Origin: a virus
Virus record (IMG/VR): IMGVR_UViG_3300021963_000029
Span: 1-64,000 of that record
Length of the DNA stretch: 64,000 nt
Direction: 5' to 3' (one strand)
A program made the position numbers and the translations under genes. Positions 46,901 through 58,000 of this stretch are shown piece after piece. Within the stretch, counting starts at the first letter, position 1; each line of letters starts with the position of its first letter. Below the pieces are notes generated by a model that made no database searches, was not told the DNA's origin, and saw only the letters and a list, made by a program, of their open reading frames with translations.

Positions 46901-49900
46901 TACAAAATTATCAACAAAGAATCCAGACTTAAATCTGTTTAATCCATTGCTATCTTCAACATTTAAACTTTCTGTAGATAATTCTAATAAAGAAAGTGAA
47001 GTATAATATTCTAAGAAACCTACCCTATCTTCTAGATCTCTAAGATCTGCCATTGTATATCTCTTATTGTCTGTGACAATAATTTTTACTTGAGTAGAAT
47101 CTTCAATATTGTAAACATAAGGAGATGCTATAATTTCAGCAACATCTAATACTTCAGGAGAAATTTCTGGAGATATTGGAATTTCACTTGGCTCCCCAAA
47201 AACTATGTTAAAATTTCCTTCTCTATCTAGAGTTAATCTATCTCTTCTGCCAAGATAAAAATCATAATCAAATACAACACTTTCATCTGAAGCTAAAACT
47301 TGTGTTGCATTTGCTCCAGATGTTGCAAATGACCTTGAACTAAACTCAAAAGGACTTAATGCAGAAGCGTCACTATAATCTCCAACTCTAGGTCTAACAT
47401 CTATAATGTCTGTATTTCTAATCCCATCATATGATGGGATTTTTGTGCCATATAGTGAATTTAAATAACTATTGTTGGTAATTAAATCTCCGGAATCAAC
47501 AGAATCAAAAGTAAATTTATCAAAATAAACTTTCAGTCTTCCAGCTGGTTCTTGTGCCCCAGGTTTTCTGACCAATCTTCCATAATCATAATAATTTTTT
47601 CTTTGTCCATTATCAATAATGTAGTTATTAATAATATTTCTGTCCCCTGCATTTACAGTATCAACAATAGCAGTGTACTTAGTCTCAGTAAATGTAATTT
47701 TTTCAGATACAGAGAAAGTTTGTGGAGTTTTATATGCTAAGTATATTTGAGATGAAGCTTTTAATTGAATATAAACTGCAACAGCACCACTTTCTTCCCC
47801 AATCAAATGCTCTCCTAAAATAAGTTCTGAGGCATTTGAGGATGGACTAGTTAATTCAGTTAAAGAAATCCAAGGAACTTGAGGATCTCCATTTCCAGAT
47901 GATTCATAAATTGCATGAACTTCTACGATATCTGGAGAATCTAGACTAATTTGATCATCATCTACTCTTGTTCCATAAACTTGACTATAACTTAATCCAG
48001 CAGATCTTGATGGAGTGTATTTTGTTCTGATTACATTAATAGAATTACATCTACTATACTGCTTTTTCTTAGCACTTACATTAGATTTAATTTGTGTTGA
48101 AATTACTGTGCAAGGACCTGCTGTTGCACTTAGATTAGTAAATGTGCCGCCTTTACCTCCACTAGTTAAAGTTAATGTAGCTGTGGATAGATTTTCTATA
48201 GTTCCATTTGCATTAACTATGACATATCTTTCTTCATCAAATGGAGCATATACATAATCAGTCCCAGACAAACTTGGTAGTGTTAATGAAGTGCTTGTCT
48301 TTGTTACTGAGGTGTTTTGCCTCTTTACATAAGCATTTGAATTTTCTAAATTTACATTAGCAATATTTGAATTTGCTAATTTATTGTATAAAGTAGAATT
48401 TTCTGGTCTATCAATTGTTGGTTTGAGAATATTTATTGTTTGTAATGTGTATGTACCTACACCAACATTACCATTACAAACATTAGTTACTGTTGATACT
48501 CCAGTTAAACATATTTGATTTCTTGATGGTGTAAATGCTACAACTCTAGCAAAAACTTCTTGAGTAACTCCATTTGGTTGAAATGCAAGAACATCATCTA
48601 GTTTTACTTGACTTGGCCATGCAGATCCATTTGATCTTGAAATAGTTACAATTCCTACTGTTGCAACTCCAACAATTGCATTAAATGGTCCATTTAGTGT
48701 AATTCTATTTGATAAAACAGTATCTGCAACAAATCCTAAACCATCAGATACTGATTTAACATCTGCAATAGAATAATCTGTAACTGTTCCAATTACACCA
48801 GTAGTGCTACTAATTCCATTAATTACTAAATTTTCATTGCTGACAAATTTTCCAGATACTTGATATAATGATAAATTAGTATTTCCAGCAGTTATTGCTC
48901 TTAAATATCCTGAAGCTCCACTACTAGATCCTTGAATGTATGCCCCAACAAAAATATTAGTTAATGGAATTTGTGTTATTAAATTTGTAAAAGTTTGAAC
49001 ATCAAATAATTTTAAATTAAATTGACTTGCTGGACTTTCATATGAAGTATTGTGATGTTCATAATCATAAACTCTAGCATAACCAATGACGGAAGTTGTA
49101 ACTGCTACATTATCTTCTAATCTTCTTGAATATAAAGATACAGTACCAGTTGTGGTTAATCCTATTTTTGGAGATGATTGTACATTGTTTACTCTTAGTA
49201 AATCCCCTCCATTAAAAACTACTGAGGAAGACTCTACTCTCTTTGTTGTTCTTGGTTTTTCCCAATCAACAACAGTATCATAGTTTACAACCTCATAACC
49301 TTTAACATAAGATTTTCCTGGAGAAATTTGTATTAGTCCAAGATCTTGCGATGGAATTGATCCATCAGATGTTTTTTGGTTTTCTGAATATACTCCTTTA
49401 TAGAAAACTCCATCGTTTAAAGAATCAACTGCCTTTACATTGTAAGGTTTTAAACTATAATTTCCAGATTCATCAAAAGTTCTTCTAGCTAAAACATCAG
49501 TTATGAAAGATCCTGTTGTTTCTTGTTTAATTTTTCTAATAATACCATTTTCTACTCTAAACAATTCAATAAAATTATCATCATTTAAATCATCTAATGA
49601 TTTTTTTGCTAAAGTTAATGTGATGGTAAATCTATCTGCTCCTGGAGCAGCATAGTTTGAAAATCCTTGAGCATTATCATTTAGAGAAGGGTCATCATCA
49701 GATGTTACAATATCTTCAGAGATTTCAAGTCCAACTCTATAAGAAGGAGTTGCAGAATATTGCTCTAATATTAATTCTTGAGTTTTTACATCTACAAAAT
49801 AACCTCTTACAAAATAAACACCTTCTTCAATTCTTGCTGCAGTTCCAACTGAAAAGGCAGATCTACCAACAGGGTTTGTAATTTGAAGTATTGGTTCCCC

Positions 49901-50392
49901 TTCAAAAATAAACCCTTGGCCTAATGGAATATCAAAACTTGCAGTCAGTTCTTCGCCTGCTGTAAATAATTCAGTTTCAAAATCATTAGCAGATGAAAGA
50001 TATTTTACATAAATTGTAGTTCTATTTTTTGTAGAATCTGCTGCTTTTATGTAATTAACTACTTTTGCAGTAATCCCACTATCAGATCCTGTTATAATAT
50101 TCCCAACTAAAGTATCTAGATATTCTTCTACATTAATTCCTTTGTAAATGGTTTCAACTTCAACAGAATTGTATACTGGAATATAAGCACAGTTTCCAGG
50201 TATTACTACTCCGCCATTATTGAAAAACTTCTTTCCAAATTTTTCAATTTGATTTTGGAGTATTGACTGTAAAGTTGTTAATTCCCTTGTCTGTACAGTT
50301 ACTCCAGGTTTGAATAAAACTTTGTAGTAATTTTTTGCACTATCAAAGTCATCATAGTATGGAGTCTTGTTTAGGTTTGTACTTTGGGACAT
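43943..50392 (-). CDS. Large virion structural protein (DUF4815/VrlC-like)
   Basis: 2149 aa; N-terminus PYYDDFD..KNYYKVLFKPG..VQTRELT.LQS. Confidence 0.85.
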   Translation of the reverse strand: MSQSTNLNKTPYYDDFDSAKNYYKVLFKPGVTVQTRELTTLQSILQNQIEKFGKKFFNNGGVVIPGNCAYIPVYNSVEVETIYKGINVEEYLDTLVGNIITGSDSGITAKVVNYIKAADSTKNRTTIYVKYLSSANDFETELFTAGEELTASFDIPLGQGFIFEGEPILQITNPVGRSAFSVGTAARIEEGVYFVRGYFVDVKTQELILEQYSATPSYRVGLEISEDIVTSDDDPSLNDNAQGFSNYAAPGADRFTITLTLAKKSLDDLNDDNFIELFRVENGIIRKIKQETTGSFITDVLARRTFDESGNYSLKPYNVKAVDSLNDGVFYKGVYSENQKTSDGSIPSQDLGLIQISPGKSYVKGYEVVNYDTVVDWEKPRTTKRVESSSVVFNGGDLLRVNNVQSSPKIGLTTTGTVSLYSRRLEDNVAVTTSVIGYARVYDYEHHNTSYESPASQFNLKLFDVQTFTNLITQIPLTNIFVGAYIQGSSSGASGYLRAITAGNTNLSLYQVSGKFVSNENLVINGISSTTGVIGTVTDYSIADVKSVSDGLGFVADTVLSNRITLNGPFNAIVGVATVGIVTISRSNGSAWPSQVKLDDVLAFQPNGVTQEVFARVVAFTPSRNQICLTGVSTVTNVCNGNVGVGTYTLQTINILKPTIDRPENSTLYNKLANSNIANVNLENSNAYVKRQNTSVTKTSTSLTLPSLSGTDYVYAPFDEERYVIVNANGTIENLSTATLTLTSGGKGGTFTNLSATAGPCTVISTQIKSNVSAKKKQYSRCNSINVIRTKYTPSRSAGLSYSQVYGTRVDDDQISLDSPDIVEVHAIYESSGNGDPQVPWISLTELTSPSSNASELILGEHLIGEESGAVAVYIQLKASSQIYLAYKTPQTFSVSEKITFTETKYTAIVDTVNAGDRNIINNYIIDNGQRKNYYDYGRLVRKPGAQEPAGRLKVYFDKFTFDSVDSGDLITNNSYLNSLYGTKIPSYDGIRNTDIIDVRPRVGDYSDASALSPFEFSSRSFATSGANATQVLASDESVVFDYDFYLGRRDRLTLDREGNFNIVFGEPSEIPISPEISPEVLDVAEIIASPYVYNIEDSTQVKIIVTDNKRYTMADLRDLEDRVGFLEYYTSLSLLELSTESLNVEDSNGLNRFKSGFFVDNFVDTSSVDAQSAVSSTIENETLSPVVYNARVDLSLYSADSSVSPSQINISDTSSVNVSRVGKTISLRYTEVEYIKQAFASRVVSVNPFDIVTWDGNLELSPKIDTWTVRRPPVYAGSVRGGGNRTVWGEYVAGYEAYIRPRNISFVATRLKPNTRFKYLFDAKVVSGSDAVSPGSFVFPKLLEITEVTGTFQPGETVLAYDSAGTLASQFRICVPNHKSGPITNPEFKYNINPYIPTVGISSLYGPQSTILNVDTEALTAQNLGDFWGNVNTGYRVYGQTSKASAKISDNRLISDENGTVVGSLWTGKNQFRTGTTTAKITTQKDPVGVPGEVTSQANNIFTSKGTIIQPYYIVYYDPLAQTFLVNDEVGMVPTSVDIFFADKDASIPVELQIREVVNGYPGGPDKVVPGLQKVLLPSQVKTSSNASVATTFTFDKLVRLEGGKEYALVLVSDSPSYLVWHSRMGEVEISTAQNKEIGKVIINKQPSMGVMFKAQNGSTWTPSQEDDLKFTIRRANFITDGGTVKLYNSPQNIIRPENKLAENPIYSLSTSASLYNNGRYLRIDHQDHGMYSPGEKVQIVGVQPDSIPTKITVAYGATDTGSISIASSTGFGTYDGSVVGAGNPGYAWMNGEIIKYTTVTANSLANITRSQDGTASLPHPINSLIYKYEFNNVPLTKINTTHTIETNPKPTVGDYHIQVSAGSTFGSAKFGGGSNVYAGRNINYSALTFGENLITIPNKTSVSATVRTVSEQSVDGTESAFVDQGFTSIDPVKKNTFKTIRSVLSKTNETQFLNSTLFEGQKSLTLELILDTDDSKVSPIIDLDQLYVDVEGYRINQPVGITSYAADSRVNSNIDDPHAFAYISKKINLAQSATSIKAYISCFREAASDIRMLYKIYRTDVPDEDQVWELFPGYNNLDVNGNVIDSDDNDGRSDVNVPSSLEDQFREYTFTVDDLPTFTGFAIKIVATTTNQAIPPVIKQLRAIALA

Positions 50393-50396
50393 GTTC

Positions 50397-51938
50397 TTAG
50401 AATTCTAAAATAATTTTTATATCTTCTCTTTGTTCAGATGATCTGGTAACAGAGGATCTGTTGTCTACATAAAGTATTTCTCCACTCTTGTTATTTATAT
50501 CTGGGCTTGCCAGTCCAGCAGAAAAACTTTGCCCCAGATAATAGTCTACTGTACCAAGAGTTAAAGTAGAACCAGTAAATGTAGTATCAATTGGATATGA
50601 ATTTGAACCAATTACAAAATTTGTTGAATTATCAAATTCATTTTGATCATATGTGCTAGCTGTTTGGATGCCACTATAACTATCGGCATAACTCCAATCT
50701 ATAGTATTAACTGTTCCAACTTGGTATGTATCTACATAATTAGTTCTTGGTTGTATATACCTCAATACTTGAGTTGTAGAATCAAAACTAACTAAAGTTC
50801 CTCTACCATTAGATGAAACTTGAGTAATTTGAGAATCTAATGGCTCTGTTATTGTGGAGGTATTCATTCTTGCACCATAAACCCCAGTTCCACTGCTTTG
50901 AGTAAATGTAGAGTTTGTCCCAAATGATTTAATGTTTCTAACAATCCCAACTCTAGAAAATTGATTCCCTACTATAAAGTCTGGATTTGTAGCATCATTT
51001 TCAATTCTACTATAAATTAAAACTCTAGTTGCTCCAAGTTCATTATAAACATCTTTTCCATGTCCTCCAGGTGGAGGAATAATTACATTAAATACTGCTT
51101 TTTCTCCACTCAAAGAAGGAAGAACTGAGTCTAAATCTAAAGTTGCATATGTATATTCAAGACCACCTGCTGTAACTTGAACTGAAACTGGTTTTGATTC
51201 TTCATCAAATGTTACACTAGCTTCTCCACCAAAACCATCTCCTTTAATTGGGACCCCAGTTAAAGTTCCCACATAGTTATATTGTGCTTGTTTTTCTACT
51301 AAAACTGCTTGAATTTGTCCATTAAATGCATTATCTCTAATTCTGGCAATTTCTGCATTAGTAGTGGTTCCCCAATCATTAGGAACTGCTACGTAATTAG
51401 TAGCATCAAATTTTAAAACATCAGATGGACTTAATGTATATAAGTATTTCCAAACATATCCATCACTTTCTTTTCTTGGGGAAATATCTGTGTGGAGAGG
51501 TTCTTGAGTTGAAATAACCCCTTGGTTTTGGTTTGCAGGGGTTGATCCATTATTAATGCAAATATAAACTCTATAATCTTGATTAATTACATAGTATTGA
51601 GCATCATACAATCTAGTAGCAGAAGCAACTGGAGAAATGTTATACACACTATAATCATGCCTATACATGTCATATTTTCTTCCTGTCACCCATTGAAGTT
51701 TTGGTATGACTCTAATAACATCAGAAGTGTTTATTTTTTTGACACCTAAGATAGTATCTCTGTAAGAATTTAAGTATAAATCATTATCTATTGGAGAAGG
51801 TTGGCTACTATCCCATCCACTGTCAAATGTAATCGCATTAGGAAGTCCCACAAAGACATAATAATTTCCATTAGCAATGTCAGTAATAAAATTATTAGAA
51901 TTCAATAACCTTAATTTATCAGTAACTATCGCTGGCAT
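50397..51938 (-). CDS. gp8: Baseplate wedge subunit
   Basis: DGYVWKYLY, VIIPPPGGHG, YVDNR, EDIKIILEF. Confidence 0.9.
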   Translation of the reverse strand: MPAIVTDKLRLLNSNNFITDIANGNYYVFVGLPNAITFDSGWDSSQPSPIDNDLYLNSYRDTILGVKKINTSDVIRVIPKLQWVTGRKYDMYRHDYSVYNISPVASATRLYDAQYYVINQDYRVYICINNGSTPANQNQGVISTQEPLHTDISPRKESDGYVWKYLYTLSPSDVLKFDATNYVAVPNDWGTTTNAEIARIRDNAFNGQIQAVLVEKQAQYNYVGTLTGVPIKGDGFGGEASVTFDEESKPVSVQVTAGGLEYTYATLDLDSVLPSLSGEKAVFNVIIPPPGGHGKDVYNELGATRVLIYSRIENDATNPDFIVGNQFSRVGIVRNIKSFGTNSTFTQSSGTGVYGARMNTSTITEPLDSQITQVSSNGRGTLVSFDSTTQVLRYIQPRTNYVDTYQVGTVNTIDWSYADSYSGIQTASTYDQNEFDNSTNFVIGSNSYPIDTTFTGSTLTLGTVDYYLGQSFSAGLASPDINNKSGEILYVDNRSSVTRSSEQREDIKIILEF

Positions 51939-51965
51939 TTGTTTTTGCTACTTTAATTTTATTTA

Positions 51966-54900
51966 TTAGTTCTTTCTGTAGAAAGTAAGTGGAATTGTAT
52001 TTATTCCAACTGGTGATGATGAGTAAGAAACTATTCCAATAAACACATTTGATCCAGAAGTTGATACACCTAATGAAGGAGACCCTATCCTAATAACACT
52101 TGCTCCAATTGACACCACAGTGACCCCATAAGACACAATATAAGATCCTTCCACATAATCACCAACTTGAACCAAAGAACCAATTCCAGAAGTAGTATTG
52201 ATGCCAATTATATTAGTTGCAAACCCACTGAATGTTCCTGGAGTGGTTGTAAATCCAACTGTAATACCAAATCCAAGATAGTTGCTTATAGATTTAGTGA
52301 CTTTAGTAATACTTGTTATTCCAGAATTATTTCTGTCTCTATTTTTAAAAATAAATTCTCCATTAATAATAGCATCTGCTTTTTGTGGAGTCCATTCAAT
52401 GGTTCTTCTTTGGGATGAAGAATCTGATAAACCTTTATCATAATATACCTCAGTTCTTACAGTATCTGAGCTAACTGCTCTTTGAGCTGTTCTTCTATTT
52501 TGTTCTTGTGGGAGTGGTCCAAAAACATGCCTTTGAATTCTTAACTTATCTCCCTCCTTTACGTCAGTCTGTGGTTGGGTAAATTGAGTATCCCCACTAA
52601 ATCCTTCATAAAAATAAACCTTAACTGTACTTCCTAAAGTTGGAGGTTCTGTAAATTCTAATTGGGATCCTCCCAAAAACGTATATGATTTTCCTGGTAT
52701 TTGTAAAATATCATTTACAAATATTAAAAGGTTTTGATCTAAATCAATTTCAGATGCAGGATTTGCTTCTAAACTAGTTCTTTTTATAACAATACCCAAT
52801 CCAGTGTCTACTTTTTCAAATAATGTAAATATTGTCCTTCTTCCATTTACTTTATCTGTTAAATCTTCAAGCTTTCTTAGTTTACCTACATTCCACGCTG
52901 CAAATTCATCTTTTGCAACCTCATTAAGAGTTATCTTCAATTTGTGATCATTTGTTTGAGTAGAAAGTCCCAAAACTCCACTGGGAACTAACACTTCACC
53001 AACTTTGTAATTGTAACCACTATTAGTAAATATTAAATCACTTACCTCTCCAAATTCATTAATTTTGAGTGACACTGATGCCCCAATTCCAGCAGCAGAT
53101 CCTGTCAATGGAATATTATCATATGGAATAGGATCATCTACCTTGATAATATAGTCATATTCATACTTAGTTACTGTTGCCCCAGGACCATGAGAAGTGC
53201 CAATAGTTCCAAGTTGACCTCTTACAGAACCAACAAGATTGCTACCAGTGGATCCAATTCCAATATACTTAATTATTTCTGTTCCAATAGCAACAAATCC
53301 TGGGTTATTAACACTAACTACGTTCCCCCTAAAATATTCAAATACTGAAGTAGAAGCTACAGAAATTAAAGTGCCATTTGGTGCTAAATCACTTATAATC
53401 CCAGTTAATGTAGATGATGTACCATTGTACAAATATCCAGATCCTCCAGTAATAATTCCAACTCCAGTAATAATTCCAACTGAATTAGGGTATGCAATTC
53501 CGAGAGCACCAGATCCTGGTAGTTCTTGATTATCTATTCTAATATAATAGGTTGATATTCCTGATCTATATCCAGATCCTTCATCTCCAATTATTATTCT
53601 AGATATTGTTCCTGCAGCAGAAACCACTGCAACCCCTTTAGCAGGATATTGAGGAGCATATAGTGTTCCACTACTAACTCCATATCCAACAATCATTCCA
53701 CCTCTTGGAAGACCTTTTACATTAACATCATAAGTTTTATAATCTCCAGAACCTATAAAATCAATGAAAGTGGTTGCAGCAGTTCCTATTCCAACATCCC
53801 TGTATTCAAATGCTTCTTCTGCCTCTGGATATTGAAAGACATTATTAATTAATACTATTCCATTATCAGAAGAAATGCCAGAGGTGTTTATTCCAGAAAC
53901 TTTTAATTCAAATGAACTTGTTATCCCTGTAAATTGTTCTGAAATATCATCAAAAACATAATTGCCTGAGTAATTGGATCTTAAGAAAACTCTTCCATGG
54001 AAAGAACTGTTATCAGATGGAAGTAATAAGAAAAACGCCCAACTGCCTGGAGGGAAAGCATTTCCAGTATTAGTTGAAAAATCTACAGCAACACCATTAT
54101 ATGCTTCAAATAAAGTATTAGCTAATTTAAATGTATTATTTGCACTTTTTATCAAATAATAAACTGCTCCATTAGTTAGTTCAACTGGAGGGTTTTCTGA
54201 ATAAAATACTGCTTGTGTTCCTGTAGGAATATTTTCATTTCCAGTAAAATAAGTAAAACTTTTATTTGCAAAATCAATGGAATTTACTGGAATAGTTAGA
54301 TTAATTTTTTTACCTTCCAAAGGAGCATTTGTAAAGTAAATATTGTCTTTTACAATGTTGTATTGACCTGCAAGAACTTCTGCTGGAGTTTGTGTTATAA
54401 TACCAGTAAAAACTATTTGTGGAGTCCCTAGTACCCCAGAACCTCTAGTTAGTGAGACTTCTTTAGTAGTATAGTTTATAGCAGAAACTTTTGATATTTC
54501 TTTTCTCCCAGAACTACCAGTAATTCTTATCAAAGATCCTATTTTTATATTTTTTAGACTTTCTACAGTAATGGAAATATTAGTAAAAGTTGTTATTCCC
54601 ACTGTACTTGCTACTGCCACTGGGGATTGAATCATATTATCAACAGAAATCAAACATTTAGTATTTTGTTTATCTGCTGTTAAAGAATGAACAGTCCCAA
54701 TTCCAGTAGTAGTTATACCAATATAATCTCCAGAATATGCTAAAGTTGATGCTAAAGCAATTCTAATGTTATCTTTGTCTAATACAATAGGATATACTAC
54801 ACTGGGCATATAACTGGAAAATCCAATATTTCCAATACCGTTAGTTTGTATTCCAATAGAAGTCCCAGTTCCTGGACTATAAAATAAAGTTTCTCCTGTT

Positions 54901-55070
54901 CTAAAAAAATGATCTTTTATAAAAATTTTATCTGAAGTTATCCCAACAATATTTTGATTTGCGCCATTAAACTCTTTATAAAAAATTGGTTGTCCATTAT
55001 GTCTTAATGGAAATGACGTCCTTCCATAAACAGAAGGAGTATAAATTGCACCTATGTCTGATATGGGCAT
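51966..55070 (-). CDS. Baseplate-associated structural protein (gp7-like C-terminal homolog)
   Basis: 1034 aa; DDISEQFTG..FEL and GxGY repeats; own AATAAATA promoter. Confidence 0.7.
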   Translation of the reverse strand: MPISDIGAIYTPSVYGRTSFPLRHNGQPIFYKEFNGANQNIVGITSDKIFIKDHFFRTGETLFYSPGTGTSIGIQTNGIGNIGFSSYMPSVVYPIVLDKDNIRIALASTLAYSGDYIGITTTGIGTVHSLTADKQNTKCLISVDNMIQSPVAVASTVGITTFTNISITVESLKNIKIGSLIRITGSSGRKEISKVSAINYTTKEVSLTRGSGVLGTPQIVFTGIITQTPAEVLAGQYNIVKDNIYFTNAPLEGKKINLTIPVNSIDFANKSFTYFTGNENIPTGTQAVFYSENPPVELTNGAVYYLIKSANNTFKLANTLFEAYNGVAVDFSTNTGNAFPPGSWAFFLLLPSDNSSFHGRVFLRSNYSGNYVFDDISEQFTGITSSFELKVSGINTSGISSDNGIVLINNVFQYPEAEEAFEYRDVGIGTAATTFIDFIGSGDYKTYDVNVKGLPRGGMIVGYGVSSGTLYAPQYPAKGVAVVSAAGTISRIIIGDEGSGYRSGISTYYIRIDNQELPGSGALGIAYPNSVGIITGVGIITGGSGYLYNGTSSTLTGIISDLAPNGTLISVASTSVFEYFRGNVVSVNNPGFVAIGTEIIKYIGIGSTGSNLVGSVRGQLGTIGTSHGPGATVTKYEYDYIIKVDDPIPYDNIPLTGSAAGIGASVSLKINEFGEVSDLIFTNSGYNYKVGEVLVPSGVLGLSTQTNDHKLKITLNEVAKDEFAAWNVGKLRKLEDLTDKVNGRRTIFTLFEKVDTGLGIVIKRTSLEANPASEIDLDQNLLIFVNDILQIPGKSYTFLGGSQLEFTEPPTLGSTVKVYFYEGFSGDTQFTQPQTDVKEGDKLRIQRHVFGPLPQEQNRRTAQRAVSSDTVRTEVYYDKGLSDSSSQRRTIEWTPQKADAIINGEFIFKNRDRNNSGITSITKVTKSISNYLGFGITVGFTTTPGTFSGFATNIIGINTTSGIGSLVQVGDYVEGSYIVSYGVTVVSIGASVIRIGSPSLGVSTSGSNVFIGIVSYSSSPVGINTIPLTFYRKN

Positions 55071-55085
55071 TTTTTGAAATATTTA

Positions 55086-58000
55086 TTATATGTTAGGGGT
55101 TAGTATTGTCTTCTTAATCACTTTGAAATTAAATGTTCCAGATGATGAGGGGGTAAGGGTTAAAGTATAATTACCAATGCCTGCATTATATACATTTTCA
55201 ATAGTGAATTCATTTAATGGCATGTTACCTGCAAAACCATATGTGGTAAGAGTGTTATAATCATCAAAGTGAACTGCATTTGTTTGGAATAAAGTTCTAT
55301 GTGTAGTCAACCCTACAGTTTTTTCAGCATATACAATATATTTTGATGCTGCAAATACTTGAGGGACTGTAGTTAATCCAACTGAAGAGGAACCAGTATA
55401 ATTGTAATTTTCACTGGTTTGCACACTTCTTTCATTTGAAATGTTATATGGAGCAGTTGGGGTATTTTTTATGAATTGAATATTACTAAAAATAGTAACT
55501 CCTACCCCCAAAACATTTGTGTAGTTGAATTCTATGGCACCAGATGAACTTGTAGTTACTCCAATAGAACCTAATTCTTTAGTTTTGTTTTCTGCATAAA
55601 TGTTAATATCAATGATATTGTCTACATTTTTTACAAAACTAAATTCAAAGGAACTTTCAACTTTATTTTGTGCTGAGGAAATACCAACTAAACCAACACC
55701 AGCATTGCAATCTGCTAATGGATAACTATAAAATGTTGATGTTGAAATTGAAGCAGATGATGCATATCCAATAGTTCTTTCAATTACGTCAACATATCCA
55801 TATGAAGTAGAAGTTATTCCAATAGTGGTAGAAACTGTATCTCTTATTGCTGCTATTGAATAACTATTAAAAATATTTTTTGGAGCAAAATTAATAACTA
55901 TTTCATTTTCATCTGTGGGACTTATAGACCCCTGCACTTCTCCCAATGGTTGTTTGGGAACCCCAGATTCAGTGTAAAAATCATAATAATATGCATATGA
56001 GACCAAATTAATAGTAGGACCAGTTCTAGTTACAAATAAATCAAAAACTTCTGGTTTTTCAAAAAGTCCAAAGAAAGATGTGGTTGCAGCAACAAAGAAA
56101 TAGTATTTAAGTACAACATTATTTGTTGTGTCTACAGTATCAACTGGAACCAAAACAAATGGAGAATTGTCAGTATTAAACAGTCCAGAAATATCATCTA
56201 CAGAAAGAACTCTATTAGCCTCAGATAAGAAGAAGTCTGAAAGTTTTTTAGTTCCAAATTTTAAATATTCAGAGTAAATCCCATCACTTTCATCAATATC
56301 TTCTTCAACAACTAAATCAAAATTAGAAACTGTAGATACATCTTTTTCAGAAATTAAAGATATGTTTACTGCAGATAAAGAATCTGAAGTTACACTAAGA
56401 GTTGAAGCTATTCCTACAGGTAAACTAGATTCAATAGTTAAATCCCCAAATTGCTTATATCCAGATACATGAACTAAGTCTGAAATTATAGGTTTCCATT
56501 CTGATATAGATTTTTTGCTCTTTAAACTATAAGAGAAATTTTGATAGTAATCATTATCTTGAAGTTTTTGTAAAATAGTTGACAAATTACCTCTAAAATC
56601 TTTCCACCCAATATTTTCAGAAAGGCTAGAATCTAACTTTAAAGAAGCTTTAAATTTTTCTATACTAAAAATAGTAGACTCTGATTTGGTAGAAGATCCT
56701 TTGATAGAATCTCCTACAGAAAAACTTGAAGAATTGTGGACTTTAATTAAATCTGTAATTGTTTCATTATTTTCATTATCAATAATTTCACTATTGTATG
56801 GAAGTAAACTTTCATTATTTAAGTATCTTGTTTTCCTTAAAGTTGGTTTAAATTTAGCTAAATCTTCATATCTTACTACAGAAGCATTAAAAGTTGACCC
56901 ACTAATAGTTCCAGGGAATTTTTGGAGTTCATATCTAACAATAGCTGCATCTGGAGAACTATAATTGGGATTAACATATGTTACAATGAATGGTGAAAAA
57001 TCATAGTCAGAACTGTTAAATCCTGAACCTCCTGTGCTAATTATATTTTCTACAAATATTGAACTTCCAACAGATATTGGCAAATCATTTGCTGTAGAAA
57101 AACCAGAAATAGGAGTTTCTAAGGTTAATTCTACTTCATATGGGAAAGAACCAGAAGATGTAGCATTTAAAATTCTAATACCATTGCTGTTATTGGTAGA
57201 AGCTATAAAATCATCAGTAGATTTTAAATTTCCGGAAGAATTAGTAACTAAAACTCTATCAATAGTATTGGCATTAGTTTGTGATATAACAGATGCCTCA
57301 AAATCTAAATCTGTTTGATTTGTAATTTTATTATATAAAACTAATGTTGGTGGAGACTGATATTTTTTTCCAGAATCCAAAATATCAACTTTATCTACTT
57401 GATAGCTATTTTTTGTTCTTAAAGCAACAAAACTATTTGTAACTGGAGATAGTGTTTTGTCACTTGGATAAACACTTTCAGTATTTAAAATTTTGATTGC
57501 TTTTATTTTGCCTATAGTTGTGGTAGTTGCATAAAGATCTGCCCCTACACCAGATTTTGTTGTTATAATTTTTATGCTGGGAACTTTTTTGTAAGAAGAT
57601 CCTCCATAAATTAATTTTACTTTATCAATTGGTCCTTTGATTCCAGAATCTAATACTGAATAATTTAATCTAGATAAAGTATTTGTGTATTGTGATCTTT
57701 CTGGATACACTGGAAGATTATATGTAAATGAAGTTCCTGCTATTCCAGTGACCTTACTTTCAATACTATACAAACTATCATCTAATTTGATTTCATTATT
57801 TCCATCAACAGTAAAATCTGGATAAATTTCATCATTTGTTGTAATATTAGTTAAATTATAGTATAACAGTTTTGGGGTGTATTCTGACACTCTAAAAGTT
57901 AAAGTTGTTGGAGTTTTAAATACTTCTACTCCATTATTTTCATTTCCAAAATAAGGATTTCTAAAGAATTCATCTGCATATAAGTTAAAATCTTTTCCAG